From positions 49,540,001 through 49,604,000 of the forward strand of contig NC_086097.1 of the NCBI RefSeq assembly GCF_963921235.1: 64,000 nucleotides of DNA. Reading direction: 5' to 3'. A model generated the notes under the pieces. That model searched no databases. It was not told the DNA's origin and saw nothing but the letters and a program-made list of their open reading frames with translations. Shown here piece after piece: positions 26,283-37,948 of the stretch (position 1 is its first letter; each line of letters begins with the position of its first letter). This DNA comes from Mobula hypostoma (Eukaryota). Position numbers and translations under genes: made by a program.

Positions 26283-27377
26283 CTACAATGTAAATTCTAA
26301 TAAATATTTCACCTATTCTCATTATGTGCAGTATATAATACAAACTCAAACCACACAAATAAAAGTAACTGCAATTCAGTTAATGAATTCAGGTGATAAA
26401 TCCTTCAACATAAACATCTGGAACTGTGTCTGAATTGAGAGAACTATTCCCAGTATGTTCCCAAATGCCCCGGTGGCATCCATGGGATTTCCTGTCCCAC
26501 CAATAGTTCAGATTCTCCCAGAGGAAATTAGAGTAATTTACCACCAAAATAAATAGTGGTAATCATTGACGTTGACCTTAAACCCCATAAGGGCCGGTAG
26601 TACCAGAGCAGACACAAAGAAACATTCATTACTACTCACATTTGGGTGCAAAATCAGTGCTCCTCCATGCTGAATATGGATGGATAGCAAAGGCACTTGA
26701 TGTACTCTGGGTATGGGACTCCAATGTTTATTGACAAGGGATATTTTAAAAGTCAATCCTGGAATGTGAGCTAAGCTTGAGGAGTCACGTATAATTTTTT
26801 TTAAGAAATTCCTTTCTCTCTCTCTCTCACACCTTATTAATTCTCCCCTACGCACCTGTCCCCCTTACTGCCAAGAACACTTCCACCGCCAAATATTACT
26901 CTTCCAGTAGTTTAGGTAGTTCCTTTGGAACTCATCAAAATCCTGTTCCCACCCATCAAGTAACTGTTGCTTCCTGTCAAGTTTGACTGGAAGATTAATA
27001 AAATTCCTGGAATCAAATAGTTTATTACTCATTTCAGTGCTCACCAGAGGTCTATTAGTTAAAGCTTCAAACACATTTTAAATTCTACAAAAAGTGGCAT
27101 CAATGCAGCCTACCTGACAGTAATTTTACCTCCACAAAGTTCAATGGTCCCTAGGGGTGGCACTATAGGAGTCTGTAGAAAGGAAGTTTCAACAAAGGTT
27201 CTTCTAATGCTATTGAAATTGCCCAAATCACTCACTCTATTGTACTTCAGTACTTTCCAAAGCCACCTTCATACCTTTATAAATGTTCTTTAATCTCAAG
27301 ATCATTAATCAGTGTTTATGTTTTAAATATGTGATGTTCTCATTCATTTAAAAGCTCCTTAAATGCATCAACAATTA

Positions 27378-28922
27378 TAGCAATACACAACAGAATGCTG
27401 GAGGAGCTCAGCAGGTCAGGCAGCATCCATGGAAGTGAACAAACTGTCAATATTTCAGGCTGAGACCCTTCTTCAGGGCTGGAAAGGAAGATGCCAGAAT
27501 GAAGAGGAGTGGGGAGGGGAAGGAGGACAGTTCCAAGCCTCCCCCCAACTCTTCCTCCACTATATTGGTGCTGCTTCATCCCTCATGCTGAGCTCATTAA
27601 TTTAATTACTTTTGCCACCAACTTCCAACCTGCCCTTAAATTCACTTGGTCCATTTCTGACACCTCCTTTCCCTATCTCAATCTCTCTGAATCCATCTCT
27701 AGAGACAAACTGTCAATCGACATATCATAACCCTACCGACTACCACAGCTTTCTTGACTATACCTCTTCCACCCTATTTCCTGTAAAAATGTTATTCCCT
27801 TTTCTCAGTTCCTTCCTCTCTACCACTTCTGTTCCAGGATGAGGTTTTCTTTTCCAGGACATCAGGGATGTCCTTCTCCAAAGAACAGGGTTTCCCTTTC
27901 TCCACCACTGATGCTGCCTTCACCCACATCTCCTACATTTCCTGAATATCTACACTCACACCATCTTTCTAGTGATAGAGTTCCTCTTGGCCTTACCTAC
28001 CATCCCATGAGCCTCCACATCCAAAACATCATCCTCTGCAACTTCTGCCCTCTCCAAAGGGATCCTACTACCAAGCACATCTCTACCTACCCCTGCCTTC
28101 TCTGGTTTCCACAGGGATTGCTCCTTCCATGATTCCTTTATCCATTCGTTCCTCAACACTAATCTCCCTCCTGGCATTTATTCCCGCAAGCAGCCAAAGT
28201 GTTAAACCAGCCCATTCACCTCCTCCCTCACCTCCAATCAGGGTCCAAAACAGTCCTTCCAGGTGAGGCAACACTTCACCTGAAAAATCTGCTGGGGTCA
28301 TCTATTGTGTCTGCTGCTGTCGATGCGGCCTCCTCTATATTGGTGAGATCCATCGTAAATTGGGGGACCGTTTCATGAACAACTATGCTCCATCTGCCAA
28401 AAGTGGAACTTCCCCGGTGGCCAAAAATTTTAATTCCGATTTTCATTCCCATTCCAACCTGCCGATCCATGGCCGTCTCTTGGGCTATGATCACCTTATA
28501 TCCCATCTGGGTAGCCCCCACTGAAGGCATGGATATCAATTTCTCCTTCTCATAAAAATAAATTTCCCTTGCCCTCTGCTCTTCTCCCATTCCCCACTCT
28601 GGCCCTCATTCCCCTCTTCTCAACTGCCTATCACCTCCCCAATGCCCTTCCTCCTATGATCCACTCTCTTCTCCTATTAGATTCCCTCTTCTCCAGCCCT
28701 TTATCTTTCCCACCCACCAGACTTCACCTGTCACCTTCTACTATCCTTCCCCTCCCCCCACCATTTTATTCTAGCATCTTCTCCTTCCTTTCAAGTCCTG
28801 AAGAAGAGTCTCGGCCTGAAATATTGCTTGTTCATTTCCATAGATGCTGCCTGATCTGCTGAGTTCCTCCAGCATTTTGTGTGTTGCTTTGGATTTCCAG
28901 CATCTGCAGAATCTCGTGTGTT
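27378..28922 (+). mobile_element. Degraded Penelope-like element (RT C-terminus plus GIY-YIG endonuclease) with an inverted 5' terminal repeat
   Basis: VIYCV…CGLLYIGE GIY-YIG remnant at about 28296-28348; terminal repeat inverted at 27380-27500. Confidence 0.8.
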
Positions 28923-31900
28923 TAACATAAAAATTAGTTTAAAAAAAAGCTTTATTGTTCCATGTATGTCGACATATACAGTGAGATGCATCCGTTGCAT
29001 CAAATCTAATCAGCAAGCATTGTGCTGGGCAGTCTGCAAGTGTCCCCATGCTTCCAGTGCCAACATGCCATCCCCACAAATCCCTACATTTTGAAGTACG
29101 TTAGGGGTATTAGTAAATCTAATAACTGCACTGTCTTGATGCTGAATGGGGCAGAGGAGCCACAATGGTGCTTAACAGTGACTCCTTTGAGCTCATCTAT
29201 GGAAACTACCTCTTTTTCCTTTTCAAGGTGGATGGGGTTCTGTTAGAGACCCCAACCTGGAGTTACACACTGTTCTCGGTTCTTTGCAGTGTTGGGACCC
29301 ACTCCCGGGACTTACGACCGGCTGCTTTCCAAAATCCCAAGGACGCAGCCTAGAAGATGAGGGCACCTTCAGGGTTCTGAGGCTTCGTGGCCCCGTGGAC
29401 AAGCTGATTGTATGCTGGTACCACTAATTGAAGCATTGCAGGAGAAAACAAAACATTGGGACAGTGGCTCTGTACCCGGCAAATCTCCCTCTCTCGTTGG
29501 TTGGGGAGAGTTTGTAGCTGATTCTTGAGTCGAAGAACTCGGAGAAAAGAAACGTTGTGATAGACTTTATCACTGCAAATCAACAAGTTGTTTTATTATG
29601 CCTCCCCTCTTGCTGTGGAAGGGGGACACCTCCCTTTCCCTTTATTAGGGAGCGAAAGCACCTGTTGTAAGTCAAATTCTCAGGTGGACGATTAGTTTTT
29701 GTTGTTCTGCAGATCACGATCTTTATTGGGGGCTTTGCAATTGCTTGCTTGGTGAGTGGAGGGTGCTGATGCTTTTTGCTGATGTGGGGGTAAGGAAGTT
29801 GTTGCTTTGCTGCTGCTTGTGCAAGGGTATGGGGGGGCTTTGAGATTCTGATGGTTTTACTGTCACTCATTCTTTGGGGCACTCTTCTGTTTTCATGGAT
29901 GTCTGCAAAGAACCAGAACTTCAGGCTGTATATTGCATACTCTGATATTAAATGGAACTAATGGACTGTATATCTAAGATAACACCTAATCATAAATATA
30001 AAAAATACTTGGATACAACACAAAACACGGAATGATTTTTTTAACGTCAAGCAAACAATAGAATAAACTGTTGAAACCATGTTTGCCATCAGTCAATCCC
30101 ACTTCAGATTCACTCCAGTGCATATTTGTTGATTTATCTGAGATGCAAACTTGGCTCCAAACACTCTTAGGTGGGATATAACAAATTCCTTCAAACTATT
30201 CCAGTGGGGGAGAAATCTGGAAGTCATCCATCACGGCCCAGCCAATATTTATCTCTCAACGAAAATAACTGAGAACAGATTTCTGGCTGCAAATCGGCAG
30301 CTGTATTTCCAAAGTTGTGTTTAAAAAGTGTTTCATTGGGTGCAAAACACTGTAGGACAATCTAATAGTGAAGTGAAATTTGAGGCATAAATGCAGAGTT
30401 AAAGTAGTCCACTAAACTTGATAAACAATACCTGGAGATCTGGCACTAAGTTTTTGCAGACCAATTGAAAAGAAGGCAGAATAGCTTTTGGGGTCATCAA
30501 AAAGATATATCGCCACTACCCCACAGCACTCCCCTTGGTGGCAAAACCTAATTAAAAGTGCAGGAGTAAAAATATATTTACAACTTCCTGCATCTGCAAT
30601 TTTATTTTAAGTTTTATTTTCACTGAATATGCAGGGGCATGCATGCTCAAGATAGGAATAGGAAAACAGGAAAATGCAGCTTAGTGCTAGAACTAAATGC
30701 CTACCAAAACAGATCCAACATCAAGGAAGGTAGAGGAAGACACTTAAAATAGCAGAGGAGCAGAGTCTGCTGTAATCAAAGATTTTCACAACATGCCACA
30801 GAGCCTACCCTGATAGAAACAGATATTTAGAGATAGATCAAAGCTGATGGTATCAAAGGAAGACTTAGAAAAGGGTGTATGAATGAAGATGGTTCAGGCA
30901 ACATTCTTTCAATTCATCCTAGATAGGGTGGATGTGGAGTGAATGTCTTGTATAGTAGGGGAGTCTAGGACCAAAGAGCACAGTCTCAGAATCGAGGGAT
31001 GTCCATTTAGACAAAGATGAAGAGAAATTTGTTTAACCAGAAGGTGGTGAATCTGTGGAATTCATTGCCACAGTTGGCTGTGGAGGCCAATTCACTTGGT
31101 ATACAGAGGTTGATGGTTCTTGATTACACAGAGTGTCAAAGGTTATAGGAGACTGCAGGAGAATGGAGTCAAGAGTGATAATAAATCTGCCATGATAGAC
31201 TGGTGGAACAGACTCGATGAACCAAATGGCATAATTCCGTTCCTATGTCGTATGGTCTTATCCCTTGCCATCATCTTGATTAGTAAGGGCTATCTTACTT
31301 GGCAAATACAGCAATCCCAGGAAGATCTAGGCTTCAAAATAAATTGCTTGAAATGATGAAACAGCAGGGCTGACTGTATTCTTTCGCCACCATTACCAAC
31401 CTTTTCCACATACCTTCTTTCACTTCCTGACACCAAACTATGATAGTATTTAAGTAATAGGTGGGAATATTGGTACATGGTCTACATATGAATCCACTGC
31501 CAAAATGGAATGTCGACAGAGAGATTAAGTCAGTGAGAGAATAAATGACTTAAGGAAAACTGTGGGACTGTTCTATGACAGAAGAAGTTTAGAGTGCTTA
31601 GAGTTAAGAAGAATCTGATGTGAAGTTTTTATTGTACTTAATCCTCTGAGTAAATTGCAAGATCAGTGGCAGTGCCTCTTTCAGAAGTCGACTTGTTAAG
31701 TCCAGGTCTTTCCCAGAAATGCTGCCCAAGCTCACTAGCTCAAATGAATGAAAATGTTCTATAAGTATCTTCTGTCTACCCACTCAGGAGACATTAATTA
31801 CTACATATCAGAAGGAGAAGTTCAGATCTAAAATCAAATGGACAAAATGGAAATGATCCTATCCTGACCCCAGTGCTAATGCTGGGACTTCCCTAGTTAT

Positions 31901-33889
31901 CCAACGATAGCTTAAGCCTATGTCAGCCATGGCATCTTCTATTCTATCCTGTTTCCCCTGGCTCCAGCTGCCCTTGTGCTACTCCAGTGACTCACAGAGT
32001 CAAGCTGGGTAGTGCAAATTTCCACAGGATTCCCAGTTGGAAAGCTGGGAAATCTGCCCGAGAGGCTGCACGCTACTACTACATTTTAACTCACTGCTCC
32101 ACAGAGCAGGGCAGGTGAATCGCTTAGTTACTTATCCAGCACAGCACACTTTCAGTGCACACTAGTTTCTCCCACTGTAGGAAACAATCACTCCACATCC
32201 ATTCTTTCTAGGCCTTTTAATATTCGATGGGCTTCAAAGCGATCCTCCCATATTCTTCTAAACTCCAGCAAATAGAGGCTCTGAGCCATCAAACGCTCCT
32301 CATATGTTAACACTTTCATTCCTGGGATCATTCTCCTGAATCTCCTCTACACCCTCTCCAATGCCAGCACATCTTTTTCTTAGATAAGGGGCCCAAAACT
32401 GTTCACAATACTCCAAGTGTGGTTTGACCAATGCCTTATAAATTCTCAGCATTATATCCTTGCTTTTGTATTCAAAATGAATGCTAACACTATATTTGCC
32501 TTCCTTACCACAGACTTAACCCTGCACAAGGACTCCCAAGACACTTAGCATCTCTGATTTTTGAATTTTCTCCCCATTTAGAAAATAGTTCACACCTTTA
32601 TTCCTGCTACCAAAGTGCATGACCATACACTTCCCTATAGTATATTCCATCTGCCACTTTGTCCATTCTCCCAATCTAAGTCCTTATGCAGACACCTTGT
32701 TTCCTCAACACTACTACCCCTCCATCTATCTTTGTATTGTCCACAAATTTAGCCACAAAGACATCAACTACTTAATTAAAGCCCACATCCCTTGAATGAA
32801 TTAAAAACAAGGGAATAAAGGGTTATATGATTAGTGCAGGAAACTGGTGCTGAATTAACAGTTAAGTTCAAGTTCAAGTTTAGTGGTCATTCAACCATAC
32901 ATGAATGAGCCAAACAAAACAGTATTCTTCTAGGGCCAAGGTACAAAACAATACCAACAGTCACACACAGCACAGGGCACACTTAGCACATAAAGGATAG
33001 TAGTTCGATACAGTCACACAGAAAATATGTAGTCCAAGTCCCTGCGTCCATCAATGTTTCAGCAGTCTACAGTTGAACACAGTATAGTTTGTCTTCTGCT
33101 GAATGAACAGTAGAGGGCAGCACTGATGCCATCAGCATGAATGCATGCCTTACTGACTCTAAGCCCCGCTCTTGGATGGTTGCAAACAGGCAGCAGCGTG
33201 GCTTGATGCCTAGTCCTCACTACAACTAAGGCCACGCAGCTCCCTCGCCATCAGTGACACCAGTGAACCAGACTTGCAGCATTCCACATTACCAATGTCC
33301 AACAGGGTCTTGCGATCACAAGAAAAATGACTAAGATGATCACTCACTGTTAGACTGCACACCTTCTTCGCACACAAACTCCGGCACCTCTCTGTTGCAG
33401 GTAGCAACATGGTCGGCACCAAGTCCAGCTCCTGCAGTTTCTCCACCAAAAAGCAACTCACTGATGGGGTAGACCTGCAGCACTTCACATTCTTAATGTC
33501 CAGCAGGGTCTTGTGATTGTAAAAATACATTTAAAAAAGACAATAACACCTTTGTTTGTCCCCACAGAAGCCACTGCATCCAAGTGTGCCGCCATCTTAC
33601 CAGAAGACCAGATTAGCCATGATCTTACAGAATGGAAAATTAGACACGGTAGGGGTGGGGGGAATGGCTTACTCTTACATCTGTTTCCTATGTTCTTAAT
33701 GAGGGAGACTAATCCAAAATGCAGCAAGAGCTGGACAATATTAAGATGGACAGAATAGTAATTCATCCTAATATGAAAGTTCAGTTTTGTAGACAAAATT
33801 ATGTGATCTACGTTTGCCTATTTCTCAAATAACTGACATGTTTTTCATTGTTATTGCATTTTGAACATACATATTAGTCTTCTACTTAC

Positions 33890-33970
33890 AGCTGGACTAT
33901 GCTGGCACCCAATGCACGTTGCTTTTTCTTGTTTTTGTTCTTCTTCCGTTTTCCAATTAAAAGTAATACC
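33890..33970 (-). CDS. Unknown gene, exon D (GITFNWKTEEEQKQEKATCIGCQHSPA)
   Basis: ttgcag and gtaagt boundaries; 81 nt; phase 0-0; WKTE echoes the repeat. Confidence 0.62.
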
Positions 33971-35243
33971 CTGCAACATACATATGAAATAATATTAATC
34001 ATCCAAAGAGTTGGTATATGTCCAATTAGTGCTTCTAGTTCAGCTCTCTACATACAATTAGCAGTACCAGGGTGTGAGGCAGGGGGAATGGGAGCTAAAA
34101 TGGTGCAATCCACTGGATTTGTAATATGCTGTAAAATAAAAAAAAATTAAATTAATTTACTGCTATCACACAACAAGCATCTTTGAGGTATAGATCTAGA
34201 AAATTGATTCTTGAATTTTTACACTGTGGAGGCTATAATCCGGAGCAAAGAATAGTCTTGATATGGGGGTTCGATCTGAAAGGTCGACCATCCTTCTACT
34301 TCCACAAATACCTCCTACGTTCCTCCAGCAGTTTTCCTTTCTGGTAAATTTTTTAAATTAGTTGTACCACAATAGGCAGGTGAATTCAGGCTCTTTCCTT
34401 AGGGACACAGAAAAATCAAACACAATCAATTCATTGTCCATGTACACCATTCAATAGAGACATTTTTTTTAAAGCAGCCAGAATATTCAATCATGGTCTA
34501 TCCAAATATTTTTGTTTTACGTACATCTAGAAACAGGTTCCTACATTTTATGTGCAATTTTAATCACCTTTTTAAATTTAGCATTACAACTATTTATGTG
34601 CTGTTATCTCAATGTGCTGCTTAGTTTCTCAAGTCCCAGCTCTTGTTTAGACATAGTGAACAGAATTTTCCAAATTATTGTCCCGTCCCCGCAAAACTCT
34701 TTATGTCTTCTTATATTCTGTTATCAGCATTAACAGCTTAACCACTGAACTTGATCCTTGATGCAAATTTTAACTCTATTCCTCCAACTGCTGAACGCAT
34801 AGAGTGTAACACACTTGTAAAGAAAATCCCTTCATTTCAGATTATTTGTTAATGAATCTTCCTATTTAATGATTCATCTGGTAGTAAACTGTCCTTTATC
34901 CAAAACAAATCATTCTCAGCAGATGTCCCTTTTTGGACTCCAATGATCATCTATTGATGGCATATGTAAATACTAGTAGGAGGAGCTGATTTTATAATAA
35001 ACAATAAATTGGCTTTGTTCCTGTTTATTCTATAAATATTCATGTAATTAAAACTGGACTGAATTTTAAGTACACCAATTTACATTTAAATTCTGTGCAA
35101 AAATTATTAATATAATCATTATAATGGCAACCATCACACTGCTTAGAAAAGCAGCCCAAATGAATATCTAGTCACGTAATTGCAAGAAAAAATGTATAGC
35201 TAATCATACACCTTGTGTGTAGAGAATAGTTAATTGAATTCGG

Positions 35244-35927
35244 AGCCTCCATTGGTCCGGGTCATCTATGAATAGCTGTCTACGTGATGCCCAAGCCGCT
35301 ACGCACGCCAGAGCAGTATGATATGGAGAGTAGGCTGTTGTCCATACAGCAGGCCCACCTTCTCCACATAGCTGAAGAATTCAAAGGAATGGCAGAGACC
35401 AATACGGTTTGGCACTAGTAGTGTTGCAGGATTTGCCAGTCAGCATTGAACTCAACATGGGACTGCCTTTGGGACTCCAGCTCCAGATTTTTCTTCAAAG
35501 TTTACTCACGAAGCCTGACGAAGGGTTCCAGCCCGAAACGTTGACTGATTGTTTCCACAGATGCTGTCCGACCTGCTGAGTTCCTCTAGCGTGTTGTGAG
35601 TGTTACTCACGAAGCCTTCCCCAGGAGTGGGTATAGCAGCAAGACAGCGAAGGTTTGAGATCAGAGTTTTCCTTCTCCTAACTGAGCTGCCAACTGTAAC
35701 CGATGAGCCCATCTGCCCAAAGCAACTGGTTTTAAAGCACTACTAACCCGCCGTTTCCCCTTCTTCTGTCAATGTAAACAGTTCCATTGGACTTAGGAGC
35801 TAAGCTACATGTGAATACCAGGAGCTGGACATGGTTGTCAGAGGCTATTTGAGATGCTCGCCATTGGGAGCTTTTAATAGGTAGTGGGAGCTTATCCCCA
35901 CTACCTCACCTGGCTATAACAATCTTA
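35244..35927 (-). repeat. About 600-bp repeat resembling an RTE 5' leader; other copies at about 10410-10996 and 39728-40310
   Basis: Three colinear copies; the minus strand has GGCAGCTCA…TAGGAGAAGGAAAACTC, which I associate with RTE 5' UTRs (inference). Confidence 0.6.
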
Positions 35928-35980
35928 AAGAACCTTAAATTCAGTGCATTATTCTCACTTAAAAAGTGCACTTCACTTAC

Positions 35981-36176
35981 ATCCCTTGGATCGTGATATG
36001 TGTTGTAGTCCCCATGATATGTAGTCATCCAACGATTGATGTCTGGTCTGCCATATGCATCTAATGGAACCAGCTTTTGAGGTCCAGCTGATGTTGAGAC
36101 ACAGCATAAATTGGATGGAGTATTTGAGTGCACTTCAAAGTTATTCAATTGTTCTGTAGTTCCCATACATTGCCCT
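35981..36176 (-). CDS. Unknown gene, exon C with repeat copy 1 (…VPLDAYGRPDINRWMTTYHGDYN…)
   Basis: ttacag and gtaagt boundaries; 196 nt; phase 2-0; inside ORF 35906..36274; the motif recurs in the last exon. Confidence 0.75.
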
Positions 36177-36834
36177 CTGTAATAATTATTAATACTGTAT
36201 ATCAGATAGCATGCAGACATGGTCAACACTCCCCATCCCCAACATGGATTCATCTGGCCATCCCATCCCTTCATTTGGTTCTACCAATCACTAAACCAGC
36301 TTGCACCTCACCCCTCTCTTTCACTTCTATATACTGGCTATCTTCCCTCTACATTCCCGGTACTGAAGCTGCTTGACCAACTGAATTATTCCAGCAGTTT
36401 ATTTTTTACTGCTGGTGTGTCTGACCAATACGTGGCATCACATATGCTTGCAATGATGTCCCACAGTCAGCATTGCAGTTTTGAATGCATGACTGTCACA
36501 AAATACCAGGGCTACAAACCACTGAAATTCTCAATCAGGCACAAATTATAGGGTCTTGGTTATGATTTCAATATTTTGATCACAATATCTAACAACTCAC
36601 ACTCACACTCCAATGGTAAAAATACTTCTAGCATCATTTTCCCTTTGTTACATTACTGTTTTCAACTTCCTTGTTACAACATCACTTCCTCAGTGATAAT
36701 TCTGCATCCTTCTGTTAGGTCATGGAGCTGGGGCTTGATAAAGGCACCAGATCATGTACAGAGAGTGACCAAACACTCGGAAGATCATTGTGTTCCTTCC
36801 TTTCCCAAGTTTCCCTTCCCCTTCGTAGCGTTAC

Positions 36835-36900
36835 TTTATGCAGTTAGTCAATGGGGGATGTATCCGTTCATCAGTTTTGGAATGGTTTTGGAACTTGTGT
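36835..36900 (-). CDS. Unknown gene, exon B (HKFQNHSKTDERIHPPLTNCIK), possibly optional
   Basis: ttacag and gtaacg boundaries; 66 nt; phase 2-2, so it preserves the frame whether included or skipped; weak pyrimidine tract. Confidence 0.45.
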
Positions 36901-37278
36901 CTGTAACATGACACTCAGGACTTCCAAACTCTTTTGTGCAAGGGCTATTTTGTGATTTTATTTTGCAATAAAAAAATGAAAAAAAGTTCCAGTGTATATG
37001 ATGAATAATCTCTTATCGGGCTTCCTGCCAGGTACAGGTATTGATTTTAACTGATGTTTCCAAAGGTGGCAGAGTTTGCATCAAAACGTCAGTTAAAATT
37101 GATACTTGCACTTGGCTGAAAGCCCGACAAGAGTTTACTCACTAATATGTTTTTAGCGCACCTAAATGGCTCCAGTTCTACTTCTAGCCAGTCTTACGCC
37201 AAATGTTTTGTTACACAGATAAACCAATTGACCTATTCACAAAAAGATATTGTCAGAAAGTATTGCATTGAAGAAATG

Positions 37279-37822
37279 CACCCAGTGGCTACTTTATTAG
37301 ATACATCTGTATACCTGCTCGTTAAAGCAAATATCTAAGCAGTCAATTATATGGCAGCAACTCAATGCATAAAGGAATGCAGACATGGTCAAGAGGTTCA
37401 GTTGTTGTTCAGAACAAACATCAGAATGGGGAAGAAGTGTGATCTAAGTGACTTTAGCCATGGAGTGATTGCTGGTACCAGTCGGTGATTTGGGTATCTC
37501 AAAAACTGCTGATCTCCTGGGATTTTCACGCACAACTTCTCTAGAGTTTACAGAGATTGGTGTAAAACACTAAAAACATCCAGTTCTGTGGGTGAAAATG
37601 TCTTATTAATGAGAGAGGCAGAGAATGGCCAGACTGGTTCAAACAGATGGGAAGGTGGAAGTAACTTAAATAACCACCGTGTAACAACAGTTGCAGGTGG
37701 AAGAGCATCTCTGAATGCACAACACATTGAACCTTGAAGTGGATATGCTACAGCAGCAGAAGACCATGAACATACACACTCAGTAGCCACTTTATTTGGT
37801 ACAGGTTGTACCTAATAAAATG
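37279..37822 (+). mobile_element. Tc1-family non-autonomous repeat; related pieces at 4647-4703 and about 41115-41470 (minus)
   Basis: Recurrent CACTCAGTGGCCACTTTATTAGGTAC-like terminal motif. Family assignment is inferred. Confidence 0.6.
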
Positions 37823-37880
37823 TATATCTTTCCAGAATCCCAAAAATCTATTGAAATTACATTAAGTTCTTCGTACTTAC

Positions 37881-37948
37881 CCCGCAGTATACACGTTTGC
37901 AATTGAGGGACAGGAAAAATCCATCTTTTCTATTGTCACGTTAGCAGA
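37881..37948 (-). CDS. Unknown Mn-motif-like gene, exon A (SANVTIEKMDFSCPSIANVYTAG; candidate ATG at 37924)
   Basis: Minus-strand ttttccacctag acceptor and GG|gtaagt donor; open frame; ATG in a good Kozak context (AAGATGG). Confidence 0.6.

Noticed and set aside
30432..30547. Minus-strand exon-like segment (AG…GT, 116 nt) inside the unknown gene
   Set aside because: It has a stop in the phase required after exon D and does not fit the phase-consistent chain; no motif supports it.
34845..34950. Possible minus-strand exon starting MIIGVQKG
   Set aside because: It hits a stop, I saw no good donor, and the surrounding sequence looks like decayed LINE.
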